A stretch of 53,411 nt of DNA from contig JBCCEV010000002.1 in the NCBI GenBank assembly GCA_039030125.1, forward strand, positions 1 to 53,411. The letters run 5' to 3'. This document shows, in pieces, positions 26,217-36,426 of this stretch (the stretch's first letter is position 1; the number at the start of each line of letters is the position of its first letter). A model generated the notes under the pieces. It was given only the letters and a program-made list of their open reading frames with translations, made no database searches and had not been told where the DNA came from. Both the position numbers and the translations under genes were made by a program. This DNA is from Pseudomonadota bacterium (GTDB taxonomy: Bacteria > Pseudomonadota > Gammaproteobacteria > Ga0077536).

Positions 26217-26223
26217 AGATCTC

Positions 26224-27594
26224 ATGCTGCCGGTTCTCACTGATTTCATCCGCGCGCTGCGGGCCTCCAATGTCCGGGTCTCGCCAGCGGAAACCATGGA
26301 CGCCGCGGCCGCGATTGAGGTCACCGGTTTCGCTGACAAGGCGCTGCTGCGCGACGCGCTCTCGCAGGTGTTAGCGAAATCGCCGCTAGAAAAGGCTGAC
26401 TTTGAAGCATGCTTCGAGCGCTTCTTCACCTTCGAGGAAAGCTCGTTAGACAGCAAGGAGCAACCAGCAACCGATCTTGATACCGCCCCTTCACAAGCAC
26501 CCGACACGTCACAAACACAAACCCCTGGGGGCGGTGAGGGCGATGGCCAATCTCTGCTGGAGATGCTCAATGCAGGGGACACCGCAAGCCTTGAAATGGC
26601 AATTTCCAACGCGGCATCGGAGGTTGGGGTCAGCAATATCCGGCTGTTCACTCAACGCGGCGTTTTTACCCGCAGGATCCTCGAGGAACTTGGTATTGAC
26701 GCCGTTGAAGACGCTCTTTTTGGGCGCAGCGAAATTGAAGACATTGATTTGGACAGACTCCGCGCCGCCCGCGATTCGCTTTTTGAAGATGTCCGCAATC
26801 TGGTCGATCGTCAGTTGGTGCTGTACGCGTCGAACGCCTGGCCGGAGCTGCGTGAAGAAATTTTAGAGAAAGTTCCATTGGCTCGAGTCGAGCAGCGTGA
26901 TTTCCGTTTTATGCAGCAGCTCGTCCGCAAGCTCGCCAAGCGCTTGGTCGCCTTATATAGCCGTCGGCGCCGGGTCGCTCGGCGCGGTCAACTGGATGTG
27001 CGTGGCACGATTAGAAAGAACATCGAATACGATGGATTAATGTTCGATTTGGTGTGGCGCAGAACAAAGGTCGATAGGCCTAAGGTGATCGCAGTTTGCG
27101 ATGTCTCCGGATCCGTCGCTAACGTTGCGCGCTTTTTGCTGATGTTTTTGTATTCGATTACCGAAGTGATCCCTAATGTTCGCGCCTTTGCTTTTTCCAA
27201 TGACATCGGTGAAGTCACCACGTTATTCGAAACCAAGCCAGTGGAAGAGGCGATTAACCAGGCGCTTTTCGATCATGGCCGCGGTTCCACGGATTACGGC
27301 ACCGCCCTGGCTGGTCTCGCCAATCTGACGCTTGATGACATCGATCATCGCACCACCGTACTAATTCTGGGCGATGCGCGTTCGAATTACGGCGACCCTG
27401 GGCATGCGGCGTTGCGAAAAATTCACGAGCGTGCGCGGCGCGTGCTGTGGCTAAACCCAGAGCCCAAGTCATTTTGGAATACCGGGGATTCTGAAATGCG
27501 CAGACTCGGCAGCGCCTGCGACCGCGTTGAGGTTTGCCGCTCGATCAAGCACCTTGAACGCTTAGTCAGCGAATTGCTGCGCACGGCAATTTAA
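26224..27594 (+). CDS. VWA domain protein (CoxE-like)
   Basis: 456 aa. MIDAS motif VCDVSGSV in the C-terminal VWA domain. The N-terminal part resembles CoxE (LRASNVRVSPAETMDA). Starts 7 nt after the MoxR stop. Confidence 0.75.
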   Translation: MLPVLTDFIRALRASNVRVSPAETMDAAAAIEVTGFADKALLRDALSQVLAKSPLEKADFEACFERFFTFEESSLDSKEQPATDLDTAPSQAPDTSQTQTPGGGEGDGQSLLEMLNAGDTASLEMAISNAASEVGVSNIRLFTQRGVFTRRILEELGIDAVEDALFGRSEIEDIDLDRLRAARDSLFEDVRNLVDRQLVLYASNAWPELREEILEKVPLARVEQRDFRFMQQLVRKLAKRLVALYSRRRRVARRGQLDVRGTIRKNIEYDGLMFDLVWRRTKVDRPKVIAVCDVSGSVANVARFLLMFLYSITEVIPNVRAFAFSNDIGEVTTLFETKPVEEAINQALFDHGRGSTDYGTALAGLANLTLDDIDHRTTVLILGDARSNYGDPGHAALRKIHERARRVLWLNPEPKSFWNTGDSEMRRLGSACDRVEVCRSIKHLERLVSELLRTAI

Positions 27595-27595
27595 G

Positions 27596-28996
27596 CTACG
27601 AAAACTGCTCCTTTACGATACTGGTCACTTGCGCGCCCCCCGCAATATCCTCCGCCTTTAAGACAAAGCGCGAGATTAAGGCGGTTCCGGCACAGGCCAA
27701 GGCCATCGACAACCCAACCCATATCGCCACGGGTCCGGCTTCAAGATGCAATCCAAAAAATAACATCACGGTGAATCCAACACCCCAATAGCACACCGCG
27801 TTAATGAGCAATGGAATACGAGTGTCCTTGAGGCCGCGCAATGCAAAAGTCGCCGCGACTTGGACCCCATCGGCCACTTGCAGAAAGGCGGCAACCTTAA
27901 AGATCGATACCGCCGTGGCTACAACCACCGCATCATCGGTGTAGAAACGCGCGATAGGCTCGGCTAGGAGGAATGTTGTCAACCCGGAGATCGATGACAG
28001 GAAACCGCACAAAACGAACCCGCGCCGGCCGATCCGCGCGGCGCCAGCCGCATCGCCACGACCAACGGCCTGGCCAACGCAAACCGTTAACGCCATGCCG
28101 AACCCCAAGGGCACCATGAACACCAAAGACGAATAGTTGAGAACCAGTTGGTGGGCCGCCACCGCAACCGTACTGATCACGCCCATAATCAAGGCGGCCG
28201 CGGTAAACAAACCCGATTGCAGACACAGCGATAGCCCGATAGGTAGTCCGAGTGAAACCAAGCGCCCGATCGCGGTCAGGTCGGGCCGTTCCAAAGCTCC
28301 CCAGATTTCATAAGTATTTAGCTTCTTGTGAAAGACGCTTACACCCGCCAGCCCCAAGAACATCAGCCAAAAACTAATCGCGGTTCCCAGCCCCGCACCG
28401 ATCGCACCTAAGGGTTCAAGGCCGAGGTGTCCGTACATAAATCCGTAGTTCAGACCAACGTTAATCGGCAAAGCAGCGCACATCACTGACATGATCGGGA
28501 CGGTCTCGCCCACGCCTTCGCACATTTGTTTTAGCGTGTGATAGAAGTAGGCGCCGATCACTCCGAACGAAAGTGCATCAAGATAACCCTGAGCAAGAAT
28601 GACCACGGCGGCTTCAATCCCGAGCCAATGCAACAGCGGCTCGACCGAACGCATGATCACTATCGCTAGCGCCGAAACCACGAAAGCGAGCCAAAATCCC
28701 TGGCGGGTGTCGTGCGCTATTTCATCCAGTTTTCCAGCACCGAAATGCTGGGCGACGGTGGGGCTCAACGCCATGATGGTGCCCAACCCAAAGAGGAAAA
28801 TCGCGATCCAGACACCCGATCCGATCGCAACCGCGGCCAGATGGGTGGCGCCCAGGTCGGCCGCCATCAACGTATCACCGGTCGCAACCGCAATGCTCGA
28901 CAGGTTATTAATGATCAGCGGCCAGCCGATCGCGACGATGGTACCAAGATCACTGCGCCACGATGGCGCTGACGCAATCAACTGCGCCACACGCAA
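27596..28996 (-). CDS. MATE-family efflux transporter
   Basis: 466 aa with about 12 predicted TM segments. The N-terminal AIGWPLIINNLSSIAVATGDTLMAADLG is the typical MATE motif. The start is TTG 28996 or GTG 28990 and is uncertain. Confidence 0.75.
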   Translation of the reverse strand: MRVAQLIASAPSWRSDLGTIVAIGWPLIINNLSSIAVATGDTLMAADLGATHLAAVAIGSGVWIAIFLFGLGTIMALSPTVAQHFGAGKLDEIAHDTRQGFWLAFVVSALAIVIMRSVEPLLHWLGIEAAVVILAQGYLDALSFGVIGAYFYHTLKQMCEGVGETVPIMSVMCAALPINVGLNYGFMYGHLGLEPLGAIGAGLGTAISFWLMFLGLAGVSVFHKKLNTYEIWGALERPDLTAIGRLVSLGLPIGLSLCLQSGLFTAAALIMGVISTVAVAAHQLVLNYSSLVFMVPLGFGMALTVCVGQAVGRGDAAGAARIGRRGFVLCGFLSSISGLTTFLLAEPIARFYTDDAVVVATAVSIFKVAAFLQVADGVQVAATFALRGLKDTRIPLLINAVCYWGVGFTVMLFFGLHLEAGPVAIWVGLSMALACAGTALISRFVLKAEDIAGGAQVTSIVKEQFS

Positions 28997-29014
28997 TGGC
29001 GGTTAAAGGAAAGA

Positions 29015-30646
29015 CTAAGCAGCACGCGATGCCCCGATCTTCGGGACTGCGGCCAATAATTTCTTGGTGTAGGGATCTTGGGGATCTTTGAGGACTTGCT
29101 CTACGCCGCCGTGCTCGACGACCTTGCCTTCATACATCACGGCAACGGTGTGAGCGATGTAGGCGACGACACCGATGTTGTGAGTCACAAAAACATAGCT
29201 TACGCCTAAACGGTCTTGGAGCTCACGCAACAGCCGCAAAATCTGCGCCTGCACTGACACATCGAGCGCGCTGGTGGGTTCATCACAAACGATCACCTTA
29301 GGCTCCACGGCGAGCGCCCGGGCGATGCAGATCCGCTGACGTTGACCACCGGAGAATTCGTGCGGGTAGCGGTACGCATGATTTGCTTCGAGCCCAACTT
29401 GATGGAGGAGCTCCCTGACTCGCGCATCGCGTTCTTTGCTATCGGCGAGGATATTCTGCGCCACCATCCCTTCTTCAATGATTTCGCCAACCATCATTCG
29501 TGGATTCATTGATGAGAACGGATCTTGAAACACGATCTGTAAATCTGAGCGATGCGGTCGCATCTGCGAACGCGACAAGGCGGTTAACTCAATATCGCCA
29601 TACTGAACGCGCCCCTGCGTTAGAGGGAGGAGCTGCAATATCCCCTTGCCCATCGTGGTTTTGCCAGAGCCCGATTCGCCAACGATTGCCAGGGTCGAAG
29701 CTTCTTTCAGCGAAAGGGCGACCCCGTCGACGGCCTTAACGTGACCCACGGTGCGGCGGAAAACACCCTTTTTTATCGGAAAGTGGATCTTGAGGTCATC
29801 GACGTTAAGGATGGTCGCCGTGTCAGGCTCGGCGGTCGAATAGCCTTCATCAAGGCGTTTCTCCCAGCTCGGTAAGGCGTCGAAAAGCTGTTTGGAATAA
29901 TCGGCTTGGGGGTTGGCATAAAAACCATCACGTTCGCCGGCTTCAACAATCCCGCCATCTTTCATCACGACAATACGATCGGCGATTTGGTAGGCAACAG
30001 CCAGATCGTGAGTGATGAACAAAATTCCCATCTCACGACGCGCTTGTTGCGCTTTGATAAGGTCTAGCACCTGCGCTTGAATCGTGACGTCAAGCGCGGT
30101 GGTAGGCTCATCGGCGATCAGCAGACTGGGATCGCCTGCCAACGCAATGGCCGTCATGATCCGCTGCTTCATACCGCCGGACAGTTGATGGGGATATTCT
30201 CGCGCGCGGCGCTGCGGATCTGGAATACCCACGCCGTCGATCAACTCAACGATCCGATTTTTCAAAGCGTCGCCTGCGAGACCTTTATGGCGCTTTAAGG
30301 TTTCGCCGATCTGCGCGCCAACCGTCATGACCGGATTGAGCGAGGCCTGTGGCTCCTGGAAGACCAACCCGATTTCCGCGCCTCGAATGTCGCGCATTTC
30401 GCGCTCTGGCAAATCCAAAAGCTCCCGGCCTTCGAGTTCAACCGAACCGCTTACGATACGAGCGGTGGGCGGCAGCAAACGGGCAACACTAAGGGCGGAA
30501 ACTGACTTGCCTGAGCCGGATTCGCCGACCAGCACCACCGTTTCCCCGCGATTGACTTCAAAACTGACGTCATCAACAGCGCGAACCGGATCGAGGGCGG
30601 ATCCAAAATGAACCCCAAGGTTTTTTACGCTAAGGAGGATGGACAT
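29015..30646 (-). CDS. fused double-NBD ABC ATPase, Dpp/Opp/YejF type
   Basis: 543 aa. Two Walker A motifs (GESGSGKS, GESGSGKT), two signatures (LSGGMKQR, FSGGQRQR) and two Walker B motifs (LLIADEPT, VIVCDEPT). Confidence 0.85.
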   Translation of the reverse strand: MSILLSVKNLGVHFGSALDPVRAVDDVSFEVNRGETVVLVGESGSGKSVSALSVARLLPPTARIVSGSVELEGRELLDLPEREMRDIRGAEIGLVFQEPQASLNPVMTVGAQIGETLKRHKGLAGDALKNRIVELIDGVGIPDPQRRAREYPHQLSGGMKQRIMTAIALAGDPSLLIADEPTTALDVTIQAQVLDLIKAQQARREMGILFITHDLAVAYQIADRIVVMKDGGIVEAGERDGFYANPQADYSKQLFDALPSWEKRLDEGYSTAEPDTATILNVDDLKIHFPIKKGVFRRTVGHVKAVDGVALSLKEASTLAIVGESGSGKTTMGKGILQLLPLTQGRVQYGDIELTALSRSQMRPHRSDLQIVFQDPFSSMNPRMMVGEIIEEGMVAQNILADSKERDARVRELLHQVGLEANHAYRYPHEFSGGQRQRICIARALAVEPKVIVCDEPTSALDVSVQAQILRLLRELQDRLGVSYVFVTHNIGVVAYIAHTVAVMYEGKVVEHGGVEQVLKDPQDPYTKKLLAAVPKIGASRAA

Positions 30647-30648
30647 AA

Positions 30649-32712
30649 CTATTCAGAAAGCAACTCGGCCCAGCCGGGATCTACATCAAACCGTTCGCCA
30701 TGCTTGTTACCCAGCTCCTCCATGCGCGCGCGAACCTGATCGATTCCACGTCGTTTAGCATCGGCGATCGGTCCGCCACGAAAAGGAGCAAAGCCACTGC
30801 CGAAAACCATTCCGACATCGAGCAAATCGGCATCCGCCACCACCCCCTCTCGAACCACCTGCACGGCGGAGTTAGCCAAACGGAGAATCATGCGATCGAT
30901 GACCTCTGTCTCAGCGGCGGCTTCACCGGTGATTTTCGTTTTTTGACGTTTTCCATTTTTGTATTCAAAAAAACCGCTGCCGGTTTTAATGCCCAACTGC
31001 TTCTTCGTCACTTTTTCGCGGAGCAGTTTAGGTGCTTCTCCACCAAAGGCACTGGCCAGTATCTCGCCAACGTGCAGACAGATATCAAGCCCGACGGTAT
31101 CAGCCATTTCCAATGGCCCCATTGGCATCCCGAAGTTCTTGGCTGCCTCGTCGATAACCGCGCCGGGAATACCTTCTTCGGCCATCGTGATCGCTTCTTG
31201 AAGGTAGGGCGAAAGCACGCGATTAACCAAAAACCCTGGTGCGCTTTTTACTGGCAGCGGCAAACGGTCGATAGCGGTGACGAACGCGGCGGCGCGATCG
31301 GCCACGTCGGGATCGGTTGCCTCCGAGGTCACGATTTCGACGAGCTGCATTTGCGCCACCGGGTTGAAAAAATGGATCCCAACCAGGCGACTTGGCGCAC
31401 TCATGGCGCTGCCGATATCTTCCAGCTTGATGCTGGAGGTATTGGTGGCAAGGATTGCATCTTCGCGCGCACCATCCTCCAGCGCCTTAAACAGGCTCTG
31501 CTTTGCGTCGATATCCTCAATGATCGCTTCGATAATGACATCCGCGCGCGCGATCCCCGCACCATCAAGATCAAGCTGCAACCGATCAGTGGCTGCCAGG
31601 CGCTCATATTTATCCCGGATCCGCCGCTTGAAAAGTTTGTGCGCACGCTTCATAGCGGCGCCGACATATTCCACCTTCATATCTTGGAGGGTGACCTGCA
31701 GGCCGCGCGCCGCGCACCACGCGGCAATATCGCCGCCCATGGTCCCTGCGCCGACCACATGTACCCGTTTCGGTTTAGGATTTTCGCCGCGCCCAAAGCC
31801 TTTCAAGCGCTCTTGGAGCTTGAACAGGCGAACGAGATTTTGGCTGGTCTGCGTGGTGAACAATTCGGCGACGGAGCGAGCCTCCGCCATGTACATGGCA
31901 CGATCATTAAAATCGTTATCACGCCATAAATTGATCACCGAGTACGGCGCGGGATAGTGCTGTTGACGAGCGCGTTTCGCCACTTGGCTTTTAATCAAAT
32001 GGCCAACGATGGGCTTGGCCAATTTCGACGATGTCGCGCCATCCACAATCCCCAATGGCTTCAAGGTCCGTTTAGCGCGCGCGTAGTGGCGCGCGGCTTT
32101 GAGGAGCTGCCGCTCTGGCACGGCGCGGTCGATTAGCCCTATGCGCTGAGCACGATGGGCATCGAGCGTGCGGCCGGTTAACATCAAATCCATCGCGCTT
32201 TGAACACCGATGCGCCGGAGCGAACGCACCGTGCCGCCGAAACCCGGGTGGATCCCCAGCATGACCTCCGGAAAGCCGAACCGCGAATTCGCGTTCAAGG
32301 CGACTCGGTGTCGACACGCCAACGCCAATTCCAAGCCACCGCCCAAGCAAAAACCGCGAATGCAAGCAACGGACGAGAAGGTGAGATTTTCAATCCGATC
32401 AAAAAGCTCGTGAACGGTTTTGAGTTGGGCTACAGTCGAGCGCGCATCGCTCATCACGGTATCAAATTCTTTGATGTCGGCACCGGCGGCGAAGCCCGTC
32501 GCTTTATCTGAATAAATCACCAGACCCACCGGTTTTTCGCTGAGAACAACGTCGAGAGCACCGCCGAGTTCAGTCAAGACCGACGAGCTTAAGGTATTGG
32601 TCGAAGCGCCATCGCAATCGAAACAAAGCCACAGGAGATCTTCCTCATCGCGGCCTAGTCGCCAATTTTGCGCTTCTAAGGCAATCGGCTGCAGATCAGG
32701 GTAAAACATCAT
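30649..32712 (-). CDS. multifunctional fatty-acid oxidation alpha subunit (enoyl-CoA hydratase/3-hydroxyacyl-CoA dehydrogenase), FadJ/FadB-like
   Basis: The start MMFYPD at 32712 lies directly after the thiolase stop. Crotonase part GFAAGADIKEF, Rossmann motif VVGAGTMGGDIA. About 687 aa. Confidence 0.85.
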   Translation of the reverse strand: MMFYPDLQPIALEAQNWRLGRDEEDLLWLCFDCDGASTNTLSSSVLTELGGALDVVLSEKPVGLVIYSDKATGFAAGADIKEFDTVMSDARSTVAQLKTVHELFDRIENLTFSSVACIRGFCLGGGLELALACRHRVALNANSRFGFPEVMLGIHPGFGGTVRSLRRIGVQSAMDLMLTGRTLDAHRAQRIGLIDRAVPERQLLKAARHYARAKRTLKPLGIVDGATSSKLAKPIVGHLIKSQVAKRARQQHYPAPYSVINLWRDNDFNDRAMYMAEARSVAELFTTQTSQNLVRLFKLQERLKGFGRGENPKPKRVHVVGAGTMGGDIAAWCAARGLQVTLQDMKVEYVGAAMKRAHKLFKRRIRDKYERLAATDRLQLDLDGAGIARADVIIEAIIEDIDAKQSLFKALEDGAREDAILATNTSSIKLEDIGSAMSAPSRLVGIHFFNPVAQMQLVEIVTSEATDPDVADRAAAFVTAIDRLPLPVKSAPGFLVNRVLSPYLQEAITMAEEGIPGAVIDEAAKNFGMPMGPLEMADTVGLDICLHVGEILASAFGGEAPKLLREKVTKKQLGIKTGSGFFEYKNGKRQKTKITGEAAAETEVIDRMILRLANSAVQVVREGVVADADLLDVGMVFGSGFAPFRGGPIADAKRRGIDQVRARMEELGNKHGERFDVDPGWAELLSE

Positions 32713-32713
32713 G

Positions 32714-34015
32714 TCAGACTCGCTCCACCAACATTGCACCGCCCTGCCCGCCACCGATGCAGATGGAGGCGACGCCGCGCTTAGCGTTGCGAGAGCGCAA
32801 CACATTGGTGAGGTGCAAAACGATACGCGCGCCACTGGTCCCAACCGGATGTCCTAATGCAATAGCACCGCCATCAACGTTTAAACAGGCCTCGTCGATC
32901 TCACCGAGCGGGGTCCGCGTGTTTAAAGTCTCTTTGCAGTAAATGGGATCAGCGAACGCACGCAGACAGGCAAGCACTTGGGCTGCGAAAGCTTCATTGA
33001 TTTCCCAAAAATCGATTTTTGAAAGCGATACCTTGCGCCGTCGCAACATTGGCAGGGCCGCATGAACCGGACCTAAGCCCATCTCGCGCGGATCAAGCGC
33101 CGCCCAATGGGAATCAACGATTCGTGCGACCGGTTCAAGCTTGTGTGTTTTAACCGCTTGCTCACTGGCAAGAATGACCCATGCCGCGCCGTCTGTGATC
33201 TGCGAGCTGTTGCCGGGGGTAACATCACCAAACTCGCGATCAAAGAAAGGCTTCAACTTTGCAAGCTTCTCAACGGTTGAGTCGGAACGTACGCCATCGT
33301 CGAAGTCATAGGATTGGCCCTTGGTGTCGATCAAGGGCACGATCTCATGCAGATCGCCGGCTTCTTGAGCCGCCGCAAGCCGTTGGTGACTGCGTGCGGC
33401 AAACTGATCCATTTGATCACGGGTTACGCCAAAACGCCGTGCCAAAACCTCCGCCGTTTGACCCATTGATAAGCCGACCACCGGATCGGTGAGCCCCAAC
33501 AGCAGCGCGATTACGGGTTTCAAATAAGCGGGGCGGAGACCCGCCAAAATACTCAAACGTTGCTTCAGTGACCGTGCGGCCATCCATTTTGCGAGCCAGG
33601 TCACCATGTCTGGTCCCCACAAGATCGGTGCGTGACTCATCGCTTCGGTGCCACCGGCAAGAACCAGATCGCTTCGCCCTTGCGCAATCGACTGGACGGC
33701 GCTGTCTATGGCCTGCATCCCGGTTGCGCAGTTGCGTTGCACCGTCCACGCCGGAACCTGATGCCCACATCCCAAACGGAGGGCTACCACCCGAGCGATA
33801 TTCGCTTCCTCCGCGCCAGGCATGATGCAGCCGAGAATCACTTCATCCAGGTCACCTGGTTCGAAATTCTGACGCAGCAGTAGGGCTTGACCCGCCGAGG
33901 TTGCCAAATCCGATGGCCGAAAAGGACCGGGGCCAGTACGGGCCTTGAGGAATGGCGTGCGTGCGCCATCAACAATATAGATTGTCTTCTCAGACGATGC
34001 TCTACTCGTTGCCAT
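32714..34015 (-). CDS. 3-ketoacyl-CoA thiolase, FadI/FadA-like
   Basis: The ATG at 34015 has gaggaag 7 nt upstream. RNCATGMQAID active-site Cys, NVDGGAIALGHPVG and ICIGGGQGG. About 433 aa. Confidence 0.85.
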   Translation of the reverse strand: MATSRASSEKTIYIVDGARTPFLKARTGPGPFRPSDLATSAGQALLLRQNFEPGDLDEVILGCIMPGAEEANIARVVALRLGCGHQVPAWTVQRNCATGMQAIDSAVQSIAQGRSDLVLAGGTEAMSHAPILWGPDMVTWLAKWMAARSLKQRLSILAGLRPAYLKPVIALLLGLTDPVVGLSMGQTAEVLARRFGVTRDQMDQFAARSHQRLAAAQEAGDLHEIVPLIDTKGQSYDFDDGVRSDSTVEKLAKLKPFFDREFGDVTPGNSSQITDGAAWVILASEQAVKTHKLEPVARIVDSHWAALDPREMGLGPVHAALPMLRRRKVSLSKIDFWEINEAFAAQVLACLRAFADPIYCKETLNTRTPLGEIDEACLNVDGGAIALGHPVGTSGARIVLHLTNVLRSRNAKRGVASICIGGGQGGAMLVERV

Positions 34016-34038
34016 AAGTGCTTCCTCGTTAACGCAGC

Positions 34039-35445
34039 CTAGCTTGCGCGCATTTCTCGTAGTCGCGGGTCGAAGGCATCGCGGACCGCGTCGGCAAAAA
34101 TGTTGGCGGCTAACACCAAGGTAAACATAAATGTCACGGCGGTGACCAATGACCACCAAACAGCGGGATCCCTGGCCAACTCCAACCGCGCGCTGTTGAT
34201 CATATTGCCCCAGCTTTCCATGCTCGGATCGACGCCGATATTGACATAGGTCAAGACCGCCTCGGCAAGGACCAGGCCGCTGAAATCAAGCACAATCGAA
34301 ATCATGATGATGTGCATGATGTTCGGCACGATATGCCGCGCCAATATAACGGAATGCTGGATCCCGAACGCGCTCGCGGCCTGAATATACTCAATCTCGC
34401 GCAACTTCAGCGTCTCGCCCCGCAGCAGACGACATAAACCCGTCCAGGTCGTCACGCCCAAAATCATACAAATGGCGAGCAGCCTCACGTCGGCCCGCGC
34501 CGCCAGGTTGGCGAAGTCATCGGCATGCGTATTCATGTACGCCTCCAACATCAATGCGGCAGCGGCGATCAGGAGGATCCCGGGAATCGATGAAAGCGTC
34601 GTGTACAGATACTGAATTGCATCATCGACCCAGCCACGGAAGTAACCCGCCGCCACACCCATCACAATAGCGAACGGCAGCATGACTAACGTCGTCAGCG
34701 TGCCTATCAATAATCCGGTGCGCACGCTCTTGATACCTTGATAAAGCACATCGGCTCCGACCTTGTCAGTGCCCAAAATATGGTAGTAAGGCCCAACTGT
34801 CGCAACGAAACCTATCAATGCGAAGATCACCGCGACGGCACCGAGGATCACGCGCCACGGCACGCTCGACTCGCCCCGCATGATCTGCCGAAGCAGATTT
34901 TTGAAATCGAGCTCGGCGCGCTTGGCAAGTAGCGCAACGGCGATTGCGGCAAGGGCAGCCCAAGCGAGCAGACCAGCGAGGACGCCGCCCAGCGTTCTTG
35001 CGATCACATCTCTACGATGGGAATCGAGATCCTTAAGGTGACTCGCGCCGTGCACCAATCTCGGATAGTCGCGAACCGCGGAGCCATCCGGGCCCTCAAT
35101 CGTTTCCTTGGCAAAAGAATGGGCGGCCAACGGTGCGGAATAGGTTTTCTCATCATTTTTAATCGGTGTCAGCACAACATCCAGAACGCTTTTTATTTGC
35201 GAGCTGTAGCGCGCTTGTCCAGCATCGCTATCCGCGACGCGCGGATGGAAATGCATCGAATCCAACAAAGCAACGATGAGAAAAGTCGCCAGAACCACGG
35301 CTGCCGCCATCGCCATAGGGCGCTCAGCCACCTGACCCCAAGGCGCACTTAAGTGCGCGCGGGTCGCGGCATAGCGCCAGTAACAGGCAATCAGACCCAA
35401 CAGCACGAACAGCAAGAAATCGGTTTTGAGCAGCACTATCTCCAT
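34039..35445 (-). CDS. ABC transporter permease, YejE/DppC type with long N-terminal extension
   Basis: 468 aa. The C-terminal half carries the BPD-transporter fold and ends ...ADAVRDAFDPRLR, typical of DppC/OppC/YejE. Confidence 0.8.
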   Translation of the reverse strand: MEIVLLKTDFLLFVLLGLIACYWRYAATRAHLSAPWGQVAERPMAMAAAVVLATFLIVALLDSMHFHPRVADSDAGQARYSSQIKSVLDVVLTPIKNDEKTYSAPLAAHSFAKETIEGPDGSAVRDYPRLVHGASHLKDLDSHRRDVIARTLGGVLAGLLAWAALAAIAVALLAKRAELDFKNLLRQIMRGESSVPWRVILGAVAVIFALIGFVATVGPYYHILGTDKVGADVLYQGIKSVRTGLLIGTLTTLVMLPFAIVMGVAAGYFRGWVDDAIQYLYTTLSSIPGILLIAAAALMLEAYMNTHADDFANLAARADVRLLAICMILGVTTWTGLCRLLRGETLKLREIEYIQAASAFGIQHSVILARHIVPNIMHIIMISIVLDFSGLVLAEAVLTYVNIGVDPSMESWGNMINSARLELARDPAVWWSLVTAVTFMFTLVLAANIFADAVRDAFDPRLREMRAS

Positions 35446-35448
35446 CGC

Positions 35449-36426
35449 TCAGCCAAGCCGTACTCGAGGGTCAACCAGGGTGTAGGAGATATCCGTAAGT
35501 ATTAATCCGAGGATGTAGAGGACCGAGCCTAGAAAGACCATGGCGCGAACGATCGCAAAATCCTGCTGTTGGATGGCGTCGATGGTGTAGCTGCCAAGAC
35601 CCGGTATGGCGAAGAACGCTTCCAGAATGAGACTACCCATGAATAAGGCCGGCAGCACGATGACGACGCCGGTGAGGATCGGGATCAAAGCATTACGCAG
35701 AACGTGGCCATAAAGCACGACCCGCTCAGAAAGCCCTTTCGCTCGCGCGGTTCGCACGTAGTCTCGATTGATTTCTTCTAGGAAGAATGTCCTGTACAAA
35801 CGCGTACCGCCACCGAGACCGGCGAAGATCGAAACAATCACTGGCAAGACCAGAAATTTTACTGCATGCAGCCCGGTGTCGAATCCCGAAATGGGCGCGA
35901 GCTTTAAGATTTTCCCAATCAGAAACTGACCGCCGATGTAGTAGAACAGAGCTGAAATCGACATCAGCGCCACACAGGCGACCACCGCCCAGGTATCGAT
36001 ATAGGTCGCCCGGAAAAACGCAATCAGGAGCGCGATGCTGATCGTCAGCATCAAGCTGAAAAAGAAGATCGGGAGCGTCAGCGACAGGCTCGGCCACATA
36101 CGCTGCGAGATATCGTAGCCGATATCACGACCGCTATCGGATTGTCCAAAGTCGAAGACGAAAAGCTTCATCGTGTTTTCGAAAAAAATTGTATTGGTGA
36201 GCGCGGCCACGCCCGAAGATTGCGCGTCAAGCAACAAAGGCTTGTCGTAACCGCGTTCGGCTTTCCATTTTTCGATGGCTTCCTCGGTCACATGTTTATT
36301 ACCAAGATGTAGCCGCGCCATGTCATCTGGCGAATTGACGACAAAAAACAAAAAGAACGTAATCACGTTTACGCCTAGTAAGATTGGCAGGGCGTAGGCG
36401 ATCCGCCGGATGACGTAGGCCATCAT
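35449..36426 (-). CDS. ABC transporter permease, YejB/DppB type
   Basis: The start [27 protein letters not shown] (ATGA overlap with the SBP stop) is the classic DppB N-terminus. EAA-like RTARAKGLSE. Ends LVDPRVRLG. Confidence 0.85.
   Translation of the reverse strand: MMAYVIRRIAYALPILLGVNVITFFLFFVVNSPDDMARLHLGNKHVTEEAIEKWKAERGYDKPLLLDAQSSGVAALTNTIFFENTMKLFVFDFGQSDSGRDIGYDISQRMWPSLSLTLPIFFFSLMLTISIALLIAFFRATYIDTWAVVACVALMSISALFYYIGGQFLIGKILKLAPISGFDTGLHAVKFLVLPVIVSIFAGLGGGTRLYRTFFLEEINRDYVRTARAKGLSERVVLYGHVLRNALIPILTGVVIVLPALFMGSLILEAFFAIPGLGSYTIDAIQQQDFAIVRAMVFLGSVLYILGLILTDISYTLVDPRVRLG

Noticed and set aside
30700-31929. 409-aa plus-strand ORF (with 31277-31957 and others) running through the fadJ-like gene
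   Set aside because: It is antisense to a gene with clear crotonase and Rossmann motifs, and its composition is Arg/Gly/His/Ala-rich with no motifs. This is the typical mirror ORF of GC-rich coding DNA. The same reasoning applies to 5259-5828, 14809-15357, 20064-20618, 36534-37214, 44655-45242 and 46831-47502.
32713-32844. Upstream extensions of the ORF-track models for fadJ (to 32844), thiolase (to 34159), permease B (to 36672), fabI (from 38503), sulfotransferase (from 15856), DUF547 (from 24283), GST (from 21145), HdeA-like (to 52421) and LysR (to 53395)
   Set aside because: Each extension overlaps the neighbouring gene and has odd composition. A downstream Met reproduces the canonical family N-terminus, often with an SD sequence.
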